64,000 bases of DNA from Octopus sinensis (taxonomy: Eukaryota): positions 45,508,001 to 45,572,000 of the forward strand of contig NC_042998.1 in the NCBI RefSeq assembly GCF_006345805.1, given 5' to 3'. The notes below the pieces were generated by a model. It did no database searches. It saw only the letters and a program-made list of their open reading frames with translations, and was not told the origin of the DNA. Position 1 is the stretch's first letter. Every line of letters begins with the position of its first letter. A program made the position numbers and the translations under genes. Positions 11,801 to 23,160 of the stretch are shown here, one piece after another.

Positions 11801-12360
11801 TCGCCTGGGAAGGTTTTGGCATTTATAAGCAGCCATCTTTCCCTTTTTCTGGCAAGGATGTAGTCGATTTGGCTAGTATGCCGGCCCGATCGGTAGGTGA
11901 CCAGGTGGCTTGTTGGTTTCCTGAAGTTAGTGTTGCAGACCATAAGACTATTCGCATCGCAGAACTCCAGCAGCCTGGTTCCCTCCTCGTTGCGGGAACC
12001 ATAACCGTAGCCTCCATGTACGCCATGGAAGCCCCCAGCATGTCGTCCAACATGCCCATTGAAATCACCAGCCACAAAGAGAAGGTCCCTGTCGTTCGTC
12101 AATGAGGTGGTCTGCAGTAGGGTGTCATAGAAACTGTCTTTCTGTCCATCGGGTAGCCCTGGCTGAGGGGCATAGGCCGATATAATGGTTGCTAATCTAT
12201 TATGAAGCACTATTCTAATCTTAAGTATTCTGTCACTTACTCTGATTACCTCAATTACTCTATCTATCCATTTCTCAGCGATAAGTATACCCACGCCACC
12301 AACCCCGTCAGTGTTCCCTGCCCAGAAAATCTTTTGCCTGTGATAAGTTCCAGTAATAGA
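8803..12360 (-). mobile_element. RTE-clade LINE, 5'-truncated within the endonuclease and inactivated (2 stops + 1 frameshift)
   Basis: APE motifs (AYAPQ, GDFNGH, SQIDY, QHRLVV), RT motifs (QFGF, FVDMEKAFD, GVHQGSVLSP, YADD, RYLG) and C-terminus GRGRPRKTW. In-frame TGA at 11115-11113, 1-nt frameshift near 10100, TAA at 10054-10052; true stop at 9459-9457. The 3'UTR ends in a (GAT)n tail at ~8803. Confidence 0.93.
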
Positions 12361-12955
12361 TATGAAGTTAACCCTGTGATATGGCATTGTATCCAGGGGA
12401 AAAGTGTTGTAAACTCAGTCACTTATATTCCATGGAAACTGGATTAACCTTAAGCCTTATAAATTCTAGGGTTCATGACAGACTTAAGCTAAATCTTGAT
12501 TCGTTTAACCTTCTAATCTTTTACTTGTTTCAGTCATTAGACTACAGCCATGCTGGGGCATTGTCTTGAGGGATTTTAGTTGAACTGATCAACCCTGGTG
12601 CTTATTTTCTTTTTAATCATGGTAATTATTCTCTTTTGCTAAACTGTCAAGTTACAGGGACATAAACACACCATCACTGGTTGTCAGTCAGTTTGGGGAA
12701 CCAACACAAAGGCATACATACAGATATATATATATATACACACACATACATACATACATACACACACACATAACAGGCTTCTTTCAGTTTCCATCTACCA
12801 AATCCATTCACAAGGCCTTGGTTGTTTCAAGATTATAGTAGAAGACATTTGGGAAGCAGACTTCTTACCACACAGCCAAGCCTGTGCCTATTATTTCTTC
12901 ATAAACTTTCATCAATAAAAAGTTTTGCTTTACATACTGGTTACATATTTATTAA

Positions 12956-13173
12956 CCTTTTAGCATTCAGATTATTATCAAATGTAATGCTTATTTATTC
13001 AAAATGTTTTGAATCCATCATGCATTATCTTGTAATTTTAAGATTTTCTGGACATATTTGCTTATTTTTAGAAGGACATTATAGGGTTGGTGTGTGAGGC
13101 TGGATCTGGCTGGTTTGAACATAAAACAGGTAGAATGTTTAGGCCGGATGTAGCCAGTTTGAATGCTAAAGGG
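12956..13173. mobile_element. piggyBac-type MITE (~220 bp)
   Basis: TTAA on both flanks; TIR CC(T/C)TTTAGCATTCA ... TGAATGCTAAAGGG. Confidence 0.8.
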
Positions 13174-13449
13174 TTAAAAAAAATTTTAATCACTCATGAT
13201 TTTTCTTTCTTAAGCTATTGCTTTTACAATTAGATATTCTTATTACCAACTATTCAACCATGAAATAGGATTGGAACATGACAGGCGGACAAACTGAGTC
13301 ATCAAGGTTGTGCTTCACTGAACAGACTACAAAATAATGGTGTGATGTACTTAGTAGTCCAACACCTTAGACATACAGCCATTGTAGTTCTCTATTTTGA
13401 ATTAGAAAATTAGAGTTGCTTGTACAAAACTTTCAATTCTTACGATTGT

Positions 13450-13830
13450 CATCAACATCATCGTTTAATGTTCGCTTTCCATGCTGTCATGGGTTGGACG
13501 GTTCGACTGAGGACTGGCGAGCCAGATGGCTGCACCAGGCTTCAATCTGATCTGGCAGAGTTTCTACAGCTGGATGCCCTTCCTAATGCCAACCACTCTG
13601 AGAGTGTAGTGGGTGCTTTTATGTGCCACCGGCACAAGGGCCAGTCAGGTGGTACTGGCAACGGCCACGCTCAAATGGTGTTTTTTATGTGCCACCTACA
13701 CAGGAGCCAGTCCAGCGGTACTGGCAACGACCTCGCTCGAATGTTACTTTTCACGTGCCAGTAAGGCAACGCTGGTAATGATCACATTTGAATGGTGCTT
13801 TTTACATGTCACTGGCCCTGGCAATGATCA
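13450..13830 (-). mobile_element. RTE 3'UTR stub (similar stubs: ~1735-1910 -, ~14470-14700 -, ~30785-31230 -, ~47000-47310 +, ~48100-48285 +, ~52930-53120 +, ~54010-54190 -)
   Basis: CATCATCGTTTAA..CCATGC..CATGGGTTGGAC..CTACAGCTGGATGCCCTTCCTAA..GAGTGTAGTGGGTGCTTTT, matching the 3'UTR of the 8.8-12.4 kb LINE. Confidence 0.8.
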
Positions 13831-14779
13831 TGCTTGGATGGTGCTCTTAGCACTTCACTGGCATGGACTTCAGTCACGAGGATCCACTTTTTTTACTGAC
13901 ACAGACCAGACAATTTGACAAGAGCTTGTGAGCAAGAGTCTGCACTAAGCTCTACTATCTGGTATGACATGGCTTCTACAGCTTGATGCCCTTCCTAACA
14001 ACAACATTTATACAGAGTGTACTGGGTGCTTTTTACAAGGCCAGAATTGCTAACTTGAAAGCTGTGATATTTGTCATTTTATTTCTTTTTTTAAGATTAT
14101 TTCCTCATGTTGGCTGTGTCACTGACAATGTATTGATTACTATAATCTCCAATCATCAACACACAGATCAGTATTATCTCCAAGTCTCTTCAGGTGTTAT
14201 TCCTGAACAAATTCAAAGATTGACCCTACAACCTTTATTTTACCAACAGGGTCTGATATTCTAACCACTGGATAATAATGTCATTTCAAAATATTTAAGC
14301 ATTCAACTTGAGCTTTTAAGTTGCAGTAATTTTCTTAGGATGTAGAGTCCATGCCAATAAGTGTCTGAGTTCAATCCTTCCTCTAACTCAGGAACATCAC
14401 CTGATGATTATTGGAAATAATACAGATTGAAGAATTTACATTAATAACATTCAAAATACAGAAATAATTATCATCATCATCATCGTTTAACGTCCGTTTT
14501 CCATGCTAGCATGGGTTGGACGGTTCGACCGGGGTCTGGGAAGCCAGAAGGCTGCACCAGGTTCCAGTCTGATCTGGCAGTGTTTCTACAGCTAGATGCC
14601 TTCCTAGCGCCAACCACTCCGTGAGTGTAGTGGGTGCTTTTTACGTGCCAGGCGAGGCTGGCAACGGCCACGATCAGTTGGTGCTTTTTAAATGCCACCA
14701 GCACGGGGTGCCACCAGCACAGCGTGCAAAAAGAAAAAAAAAAACATCAGTATGAAACTCATCTAAAATTATACATATA

Positions 14780-15180
14780 GGCGTAGGAGTGGCTGTGTGG
14801 TAAGTAGCTTGCTTATGAACCACATCGTTCCAGGTTCAGTCCCACTGCATGGCACCTTGGGCAAGTGTCCTACTATAGCCTCGGGCCGACCAAAGCCTTG
14901 TGAGTGGATATGGTAGACAGAAACTGAAAGAAGCCTGTCGTATATATGTATATGTATGTGTGTGCGTATATGTTTGTGTCTGTGCTTGTCCCCCAAATAT
15001 CGTTTGACAACCGATGCTGGTCTGTTTACGTCCCCGTCACTTAGCGGTTCAGCAAAAGAGACCAATAGAATAAGTACTAGGCTTACAAAGAATAAGTCCC
15101 GGGATCGATTTGCTCGACTAAAAGGTGGTGCTCCAGCATGGCCACAGTCAAATGACTGTAACAAGTAAAAGACTAAAAGA
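14780..15180 (+). mobile_element. SINE family A (other + copies ~15725-16146, ~16653-17045, ~23625-23890, ~28780-29355, ~30020-30410, ~36976-37360, ~38110-38585, ~42667-43032)
   Basis: GGCGTAGGAGTGGCTGTGTGGTAAGTAGCTTGCTT..GGTTCAGTCCCACTGC..GAAACTGAAAGAAGCC..CAGCATGGCCACAGTCAAATGACTG. Confidence 0.85.
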
Positions 15181-15209
15181 GTATATATCTGCATTACAGA
15201 CATGGCATT

Positions 15210-15640
15210 GTGGTTAACAAGTTCACTTCCTAACCATATGGTTTCAGGTTCAGTCACACTGCATGGTACCTTGCAAAAGTGTCTTCAACTATAGCCTCAG
15301 GCTGACCAAAGACTTGTCAGTGGATTTGGTAGAAGAAAACAAAGGAGCCCATCATGTATATAAATACATACATATATGCCTTTATGTGTATGTTTTGTGT
15401 CTCACTGTCTTGATATCATGTGATAGTTGTAAAGCAAGCATCATTGTCACAGAAGCTGTGTCTTTCATTTTCAATCTGCCATGTAAATGTGTCTGGCCAT
15501 GAGGAAATATTTCCCTTGCTTGGGAATAGGTGAGGGTTGGAGATAGGAAGGGCACCCAACCATGGAAAACCTGTGTCAAAAAAATTCCATCTGGCCCATG
15601 CAAGCATGGAAAAGTGGGTGTTAAAATGAAGATGATTGTG
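15210..15640 (+). mobile_element. SINE family A' (family A head with an RTE-type tail; also ~19230-19580 -, ~21570-21980 -, ~49690-50160 -, ~52260-52710 +)
   Basis: Same head as family A, but the 3' part is GGAAGGGCA(T)CC..GAAAA..CCATGCAAGCATGGAAAAGTGG..TTAAAATGA(A/T)GATGAT. Confidence 0.75.
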
Positions 15641-15896
15641 ATGTGTGAGGGGTGTGGGTGTGCACATACTAAACTTGTGATTTCAAAAAAAAAAAGACAT
15701 TAAGTGTAGGAGTGGCTGTGTGGAGGCACAGGAGTGGCTCTGTGGTAAGTAGCTTGCTTACAAACCACATGGTTCTGGGTTCATTCGCACTGCGTGGCAC
15801 CTTGGGCAAGTGTCTTCTACTATAGCCTCAGGCTGACCAAAGCCTTGTGAGTGGATTTGGTAGACGGAAACTAAAAGAAGCCCATCGTATATATAC

Positions 15897-15938
<42 letters not shown>

Positions 15939-17145
15939 TGTGTGTGTGTATGTGTGTTTGCCCCCCCTAACATCGCTTGACAACTGATGCTGGTGTGTTT
16001 ATGTTCCCCGTAACTTAGTGGTTCGGCAAAAGAAACCAATAGAATAAGTACTAGGCTTCCAAACAATAAGTCCTGGGTTTGATTTGCTCGACTAAAGGCG
16101 GTGCTCCAGCATAGCTGCAGTCAAATGACTGAAACAAGTAAAAGAGTATTAGCCTTTTGTGCAGGCAACTAACTGATTAGCAATTACTTGAAGTCAGATT
16201 CAGCTGTAATAACAAGTGTCAAAACAACAGCCAAATTTATAGGATTCTGTGCAGCTCTAAGAAGCAATCTTTGCTCCTGCATAGTTTTAGTTATGTAAGT
16301 ATTACAATTCTATCACACTTCCTATATCTAAACAGGTTTAAAATACCATTCTGGCCACCAACTGTCATTGATATTTATTACTTCAGGTGAAGTTTTTGAT
16401 ATATTAGCTTTCCCAGTAGCAATTAAGCTTGGTGCTAGATTAATCTAGTAGTCAGGAAGAAACAGTTATTTGCAGCATCAACTATAAAATGTTAATTATT
16501 TGAAACAGAGCTATAGGCAGGGCTAAGTAAACTTAGAGAAATAAGATCGTAGTGTTATAACTGATGCTAAAATTTAAAAAAAGCTATTCTAACCAAATGG
16601 TTTCAAGTTCAGTCCCACTGTGTCATACCTTGCACAAGTATCTTCTACACTAGGTGCAGGCATGTCTCTGTGGTAAGAAGTTTGCTTTCCAACCATATGG
16701 TTCCAGGTTCAGTCCTACTATCTTGGGCAAGTGTCTTCTACTATAGCCTTGGGGCAAGCAAAGCCTTTTGAGTGGATATGGAAACTAAAAGATGCCTGCT
16801 GGATGTATGTATGTATGTATGTATGCATGCATGCATGCAGGTCCGTGTTCATCACCCACAAATGCTTGACAACCGGTGTTGTTTACATGTCTGTAACCTA
16901 GCAGTTTGGCAAAAAAAAAACCTGACAAAATAAGTACCAGGCTTTAAAAAATAAGTACTGGGGTCAATTCGTTCAACTAAAACTTCTTCAAGGTGGTACC
17001 CCGTACTCCAGCATGGCCACAGTCAAATGACTGAAGCAGGTAAGAGGGGAAAAAAAAAACCCGATAAAAATAACCCAGGCCAACCAATGCGCTATGAGTA
17101 AATTAAGTGGATGGAAGCTGTGTGAAAGCTTGCCATGTACATGTA

Positions 17146-17551
17146 CTCTCTCTCTTTTACTTGTTTCAGTCATTTGACTGTGGCCATGCTGGAGCACCAC
17201 CTTTAGTCGAGCAAATCGACCCCGGGACTTATTCTTTGTAAGCCCAGTACTTATTCTATCGGTCTCTTTTTGCCGAACCGCTAAGTGGCGGGGACGTAAA
17301 CGCACCAGCATCGGTTATCAAGCAATGCTAGAGAGACAAACACAGACACACAAACATATACACACACATACATATATATATATATACATATATACGACAG
17401 GCTTCTTTCAGTTTCCGTCTACCAAATACACTCACAAGGCTTTGGTCGGCCCGAGGCTATAGCAGAAGACACTTGCCCAAGATGCCACGCAGTGGGACTG
17501 AACCCGGAACCATGTGGTTGGTTAGCAAGCTACTTACCACACAGCCACTCC
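17146..17551 (-). mobile_element. SINE family A, CpG-rich young copy (other - copies ~12520-12890, ~33085-33365, ~38715-39092, ~39600-39980, ~40590-41005, ~41900-42350, ~47330-47610)
   Basis: Full-length reverse complement of the family A pattern. Confidence 0.85.
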
Positions 17552-17979
17552 CCTGGAAGCACATCTAGCTTTAGAAATCATATGCCAAAGCAGACACAGA
17601 ACCTGGTGCAGCCACATATCTTGTGTTCTTCTCAAACTGTCCAACCCATGCTAGCATGGAAAAGGGGACATTAAATGATGATGCATGTCTGTGCGTGTGT
17701 GTATGTATGCATGTGTGTATTGTTGTCCCCCACCACTGTTTGACAACCAGTATTGGTTTGTTTATGTCCCACTAACTTAGTAGCTCAGCAAAAGCGACCA
17801 ACAGAACAAGCGCCTAGCTTAAACATGTACTGCGGTTGACTAAAAGCCTTTGAAGCAGTGCCCCAGCATGGCCACAGTTCAATGACTGAAACAAGTAAAA
17901 GGGTATATCATTTAAATGCTAAACGAACTTCTGAATCAGTTTCTTTTACCTGAAATTATTAAAACATACAACTACATAC

Positions 17980-18110
17980 CTGTTCTAGTTCAAAAGGTAT
18001 CTTTATGAATGTATAAATTCTTTTCCGTTTCTCTGTGAAATTCTTCTGGTCTTTCTCCGGAACATAACCTCGAGTGAGCTCAGATGTGAAATAGCTAAAC
18101 AGAGAGAAAC
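17980..18110 (-). CDS. TAPT1: TAPT1 exon 2 (FSLFSYFTSELTRGYVPEKDQKNFTEKRKRIYTFIKIPFELEQ)
   Basis: Polypyrimidine tract plus TTGCAG acceptor at 18111; donor CAG|GTATGT at 17979; 131 nt. The translation resembles vertebrate TAPT1 LSLLRFLSAELTRGY..ERRERVYTCLRIPRELEK (recalled). Not in the ORF track. Confidence 0.93.
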
Positions 18111-18167
18111 CTGCAAGAAAAGAAAAGAAAAATGTTATCCAATTTAATGTTTCATTTTTATATTTGA

Positions 18168-18557
18168 CTAGCAGTATCGCCCGGCGTTGCTTGGGTTTGT
18201 AAGGGAAATAACTATATAAGCATTTTTAGAGATGTAAAGTATAATAGCCATCTCAATATGGCTAACCACAAAGGGGGGGGGGGGGCTCACTGTAGCTTTT
18301 TACGTTCTGAGATTTAATAATAAATTTTTAGAGAGTTACTTCCCTTATATATGCCAAAAATGCATTAAAAATGGAAAAAATTGATAGTAAATTTTTTTTT
18401 AAATCGTAGACACGTGCTAATACCCAGAAGGGCTCGATATGAATCACGACTATAAGATACCCGGTTTTGGTTAAACTGCACCGCAAAATTTGGGAGTAGT
18501 TAGGAATATAAATCGTAGGCAACAGACAGCACACAACCTCACTTTTATATATAAAGA
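18168..18557 (-). mobile_element. Short non-autonomous Helitron
   Basis: On the minus strand: A|TCTTTATATATAAAAG start, GC-rich subterminal CCCAAGCAACGCCGGG, CTAG|T end; inserted between A and T with no TSD. Confidence 0.7.
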
Positions 18558-18769
18558 TTTGCAAGATTCTTAATGTGGACTTGTATGCTGAAACAGATTT
18601 TATCATATCTTGGGAGAGCCGTTGTGTCAATAATAACATCGTGAATAGCAATGAAAGGATTTTGACAAACAACTGATTAATTTATTAACTGAATGATTAA
18701 GCAAACTATCAATTAGTTGGTTGGTTAAGTAACTAACAAATTGATTAATAATAAGGTAAAGAGTAAAGA

Positions 18770-19105
18770 CCCCCTTTGGTCATGAATGACCATAGGATTG
18801 CATCTAGAAAGTTCTCCTTCAAGGCACAAGTCCAGGCAATTAAATCACTTGTAGAAGATCAGCAAGTTGCCCATGCATACCAGCCTCCACTCTCCACACC
18901 ACTGGTGTTATCCAAGGAAAAGTCAAAGGCTGGAACAGCTTGGCACCAGTGATGTTGCAACTCATTTCTACAGCTGAGTGAATTGGAGCAATGTGAAATA
19001 AAGTGTCTTGCTCAAGAGCACAACACATAGCCCAGTCTCCGAATCAAACTCACTACCTCATGATTGTGAGTCTGACACTAACCACTGAGCCATGCAACTT
19101 CACCT
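18770..19105 (-). mobile_element. tRNA-derived SINE (family C), older copy
   Basis: Colinear with 6174-6523 (gacccc.ttggtca...gcaactcatttctacagctgagtgaa..ggagcaa..tgaaataaagtgtcttgctcaag). Confidence 0.8.
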
Positions 19106-20759
19106 AAAGAAGTGAAATCGAACCAGTGCTCGTATTTCTGAGATACAAATGAATGTCTTATCAAATCAAAACAATCTTCCGTTCTATTTTTTTCAGGAAT
19201 CAGAAGTTCCTTTTCTTCCACCACAAGACATGTTTCCTATGGTTGGATGCACTTCTTGCTGTCAATCCTCACCTGTTTCCAAGCAAAGTAATATCTCCTG
19301 TAGTTAGACATGCTTTTCACAGAAGACTGAAAACAAACAACCTTGCTTGTATGATGACGATGCTCGTTTACAACCATCCATGTGGTATCTAGACAAGGAC
19401 ATGCACGCATGCACACAAATGTACAAGATGGGCTTTTTACAGTTTCCATCTACCAAATCCATTCACAATGCTTTGGTCAAACCAAAGCGATCGTAGAAGA
19501 CACTTGCCCAATGTGTTGCACAGTGGGATTGAACCCAAGACCACTTCATTAGGAGGAAAGCTTTTGAACCATATAGCTACATATATATTTATACTCTCAT
19601 GTGCACAACTCAATACAAAATATGAGTATGTAGAGTTTTTTTCTTCTTCTAATTTAAAAATTAGCACTATGATCATCTTTTGAATATATTTATAAATGCC
19701 TGTGAGTGTGCTTGTGTGTGTTAATTTTCACGTGTGTACATATGTTGAATTCTTTTATATATTGTGAGAAATTTAAAACAAAACATCAAGGTCAAGACTG
19801 GTGGGTGGTATTATACTTGAATGTACCAAAAAACAAGAGGATATAATATATTACTGATTTTGGCTACAAAATGTAGATGTTGCATTATATTCAAGTTCAC
19901 ACTGAACTCATTAGTATGATATATACATAATGAGGGCAGAGCGAAGCAGTTCAAAACTCCCAGCATACTAAGTGTATGAAACAGGTTTAGTTCCTAATAT
20001 TTTAATTATCAGTTATAATCAATAATGGTAGGTCTAGCACATTGCTTGGTTTAACACCATCACCAAGTCATTAAGTATCTTAGTGGAGTTCACTCTACTG
20101 CAAGTAATACAGACCATGTCTTTCTCTACAGACATTAACCATCTACATTTGGTCAGATTTGGCATCAGCTACATCAACGTCACAAGTCTGGGATGGTCTG
20201 CAAAAGATTATGAGTACTAACCCCAGATACAAAAACAACACTTTCAGCACTTATAGTTTCCCTAATGAAGTACCACAAGGATGGGTAGGAGATGTTTTGG
20301 CACATCTGTTTTGGTGCCGCTTATTTGGCACCACTGATTCAATAACGACTTATCTGACATCAGACGTTTTAAGATTTCTTAAATTCTCTTAAAATTTTTG
20401 GCCCTTGTTATTGTTGTATTTTTGAGTTTCAGCTGAAAAAAAAAATTGTTAGAAAAAAACAGTTGCTGAGAAACATTCATTTTATTTGGCTAAACTCCTT
20501 AACTCCAGTGAACGAAGAACAAAAGTAAACATTGGTGGTATTTGTCACAGCTGACTGCCAGTTTTCAATTAAAGCACACTAATGAGGGTAGAAATAGGAA
20601 TTTGTAGCAAATTAACTATGGGTACCTGGATGAACCAGGTAATTTGAGAGTTCAGTTTGTTACGCCATAATACACAGTGACACTGGTAAAATACAAACTG
20701 ATGACCTCTCATATCATTTTTCAGTACACTCCACTGCTATCACATGTATACATGCTTTG

Positions 20760-21105
20760 GATGACAAGGGACCAAGGCTTTGGGTGGTTTGCTGTGCTTG
20801 AGAAGATACGTCAAGCTAAGTAAAATCGTGGCCGTTCTTGCATACAGGCATATCACTTATATCCCTTTTCAGCTGAGTAATCGTAATCTTGCAGGTTGAT
20901 GGGTACTGGTGCCATGGAAAAAGCACCCATGCTGGTGCCACGTAAAAGTACTCAGTACACTCAGTAAAGTGGCAGGGATTAGTTAGGGTATCCAGCTGTA
21001 GAAACCATGCCAAAACAAACATAGAACCCGGGCAGCTGGTCAGTTCCTGTTAAACTGTCCGACCATGCCAGCATAGAAAATCAGCATTAAATAATAATGA
21101 TGATG
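20760..21105 (+). mobile_element. RTE 3' stub
   Basis: ..TGGTTTGCTGTGCTTGAGAAGATACGTCAAGCTAAGTAA plus 3'UTR with GTGCCACGTAAAAG and a GATGATGA tail. Confidence 0.7.
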
Positions 21106-21155
21106 AAACTAAAATGTGAGAATAGTGGTAAAGTTTCAGTTATAAATAAATAAAT

Positions 21156-21202
<47 letters not shown>

Positions 21203-21528
21203 AATTGGACATGGGCGATTGTTGCATTCTTTCTTGTCTTGAGGTTCACAGCCAAACGGCTGAGTGGATTCGTGTTAAAAATGGCACACATGTGAAGGCG
21301 GGTGCATAGATTGGAATGCAGTTTGTATTTTTTTTCCTAGCCCCCATACTTACTGAGGAAATCAATTAAAACCTATCTAAAAGAAATTTTCATACAGCTG
21401 GAGGCTCCAATCAAAATAGGGGACTCGAAATGATAAGGTTGAGAAATGCTGTTATAGATTATGCCTAACTGAAAATGAACACACCCACATCGTCCAAACA
21501 GGCCGGGTGAAACTAGGTTTAACTGCTA

Positions 21529-21569
<41 letters not shown>

Positions 21570-22127
21570 CATTATCATCATCATTTCAACTCGCACTTTT
21601 CCATGTTCGTATGGTTGAGTTGGATGGGATTTTCTTGGGTGGATTTTCTACAGCTGGATGCCCTTACTGTCACCAACCCTCACTGGTTTCCAAGTAAGGT
21701 AATAATTTCCCCATGACCAGACATGCTTTCACGGAAGATTGGAAACGAAGTACACTGCTTGCATGATGGTGATACTCATTTACAACTATTATGCAATGTC
21801 AAGGCACACACAAGACAGTAACACATACACAACAAGCTTCTTTGAGTTCCCATCTACCAAATCCATTCACAAGGCTTTGGTCAGCCTAATGTTACAGTAG
21901 AAGACACTTGCCCAAGGTGCTACATATTGGGACTCAACATGGAACTATGTTGTTAGGAAGCAAACTTCTAACTATACCTCCACTGTACTTATGTATGTTC
22001 TCTTTCTCTTTTCAGTTTAGAGTAAATTTTAACTGGCCACCTATTTGGTAGCAAGGTTGTGAAGGAAAGCATCTTGTTTTGTTCTTCCTCTTTTAAATCT
22101 TTTACAGACTTTTATAGTTCCATATGT

Positions 22128-22435
22128 GGAGGCTCAATGGCCCAGTGGTTAGGGCAGTGGACTCATAGTTGGAAGATCCCGGTTTCGATTCCCAGACCAG
22201 GCGTTGTGTGTGTTTATTGAGCAAAAACACCTAAAGCCCCACGAGGCTTCGGCAGGGGGTGGTGGCAACCCCTGTTGCACTCTTTCGCCCCAACTTTCTC
22301 TCACTTTTTCTTCCTGTTTCTTGAGTAATGCTGCAATGGACTGGCGTCCTGTCCAGCTGGGAGGAACACATATGCCACAGAAACCGGGAAACCGGGCACA
22401 CGAGCCTGGCTAGGCTTGAAAAGGGCGCATAAACA
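22128..22435 (+). mobile_element. tRNA-derived SINE family D
   Basis: A box TGGCCCAGTGG, B box GGTTTCGATTCCC, core ATGGACTGGCGTCCTGTCCAG, A-rich tail. Confidence 0.75.
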
Positions 22436-22749
22436 AATAATAAATAGTTCTATATATAATGATCATTTTTAGTGTATGATCTAAGGATTTACATTCTCTC
22501 CCTATGAACCCAAGTTCAGGCATACTTTGCTCCATTTAGGTTGGTATGTATCCTGTTGCTGTGTATGTACATATGCATACATGCATGTATGTTGGCAGAA
22601 GTATGGTTGTTTAGTTAAGAAGTTTGCTCCCCTACATGGTTTCAAATTCAGTTTCACTATGGCATATCTACTGGTTGTTTGGCATCCTTTTTGTCTCGGG
22701 AGACAATGGAGTTGCGCATAAAATAGTCTAGTCCAGCTTTTACATTTCA

Positions 22750-23160
22750 TGTCCTAATACATTTCCTGCTGTGGCTGTGTAGTCCTATCCTGGACAAACA
22801 CTCCCTCTGGCAGGTGCCACAAATGTAGCAAAGACTGTTCCTGGCTGGTTGTAATGTCATAGTTTCTTGTTGACGTTGTTTCTTGTCTTTCCATTTCTTC
22901 TCTCTCTCTCTGTCACTCCTTTGTGTTCCCTCTTCTACAGTACGTTGCCAATCTCCACGGTTGCTGGCAACTGCTTCCCAATTGCTAATATTGATGTTGC
23001 AGGCCTTCATGTCCCTTTTGCAAACATCCTTGTAATGTAAGAACGATCTTCCCACAGACCTAGTACCCCTAGCAAGCTCTCCGTAGAGTATGTCCTTGGG
23101 GCCCTGAGAAAAAAGACTAAGCCCTCTGAGGGAAGACTTCCATTTAGAAACACGTCTAAT
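22750..23160 (-). mobile_element. RTE-BovB-type LINE C-terminal relic
   Basis: PKDILYGELARGTRSVGR..HYKDVCKRDMKACNI..WEAVASNRGDW..CGTCQRECLSRIGLHSHSRKC (CCHH finger). Confidence 0.85.

Noticed and set aside
21170-21530. Possible fourth Helitron (ends ...AACTGCTAG|T)
   Set aside because: 5' TC terminus is obscured by (TA)n and the subterminal hairpin is weak.
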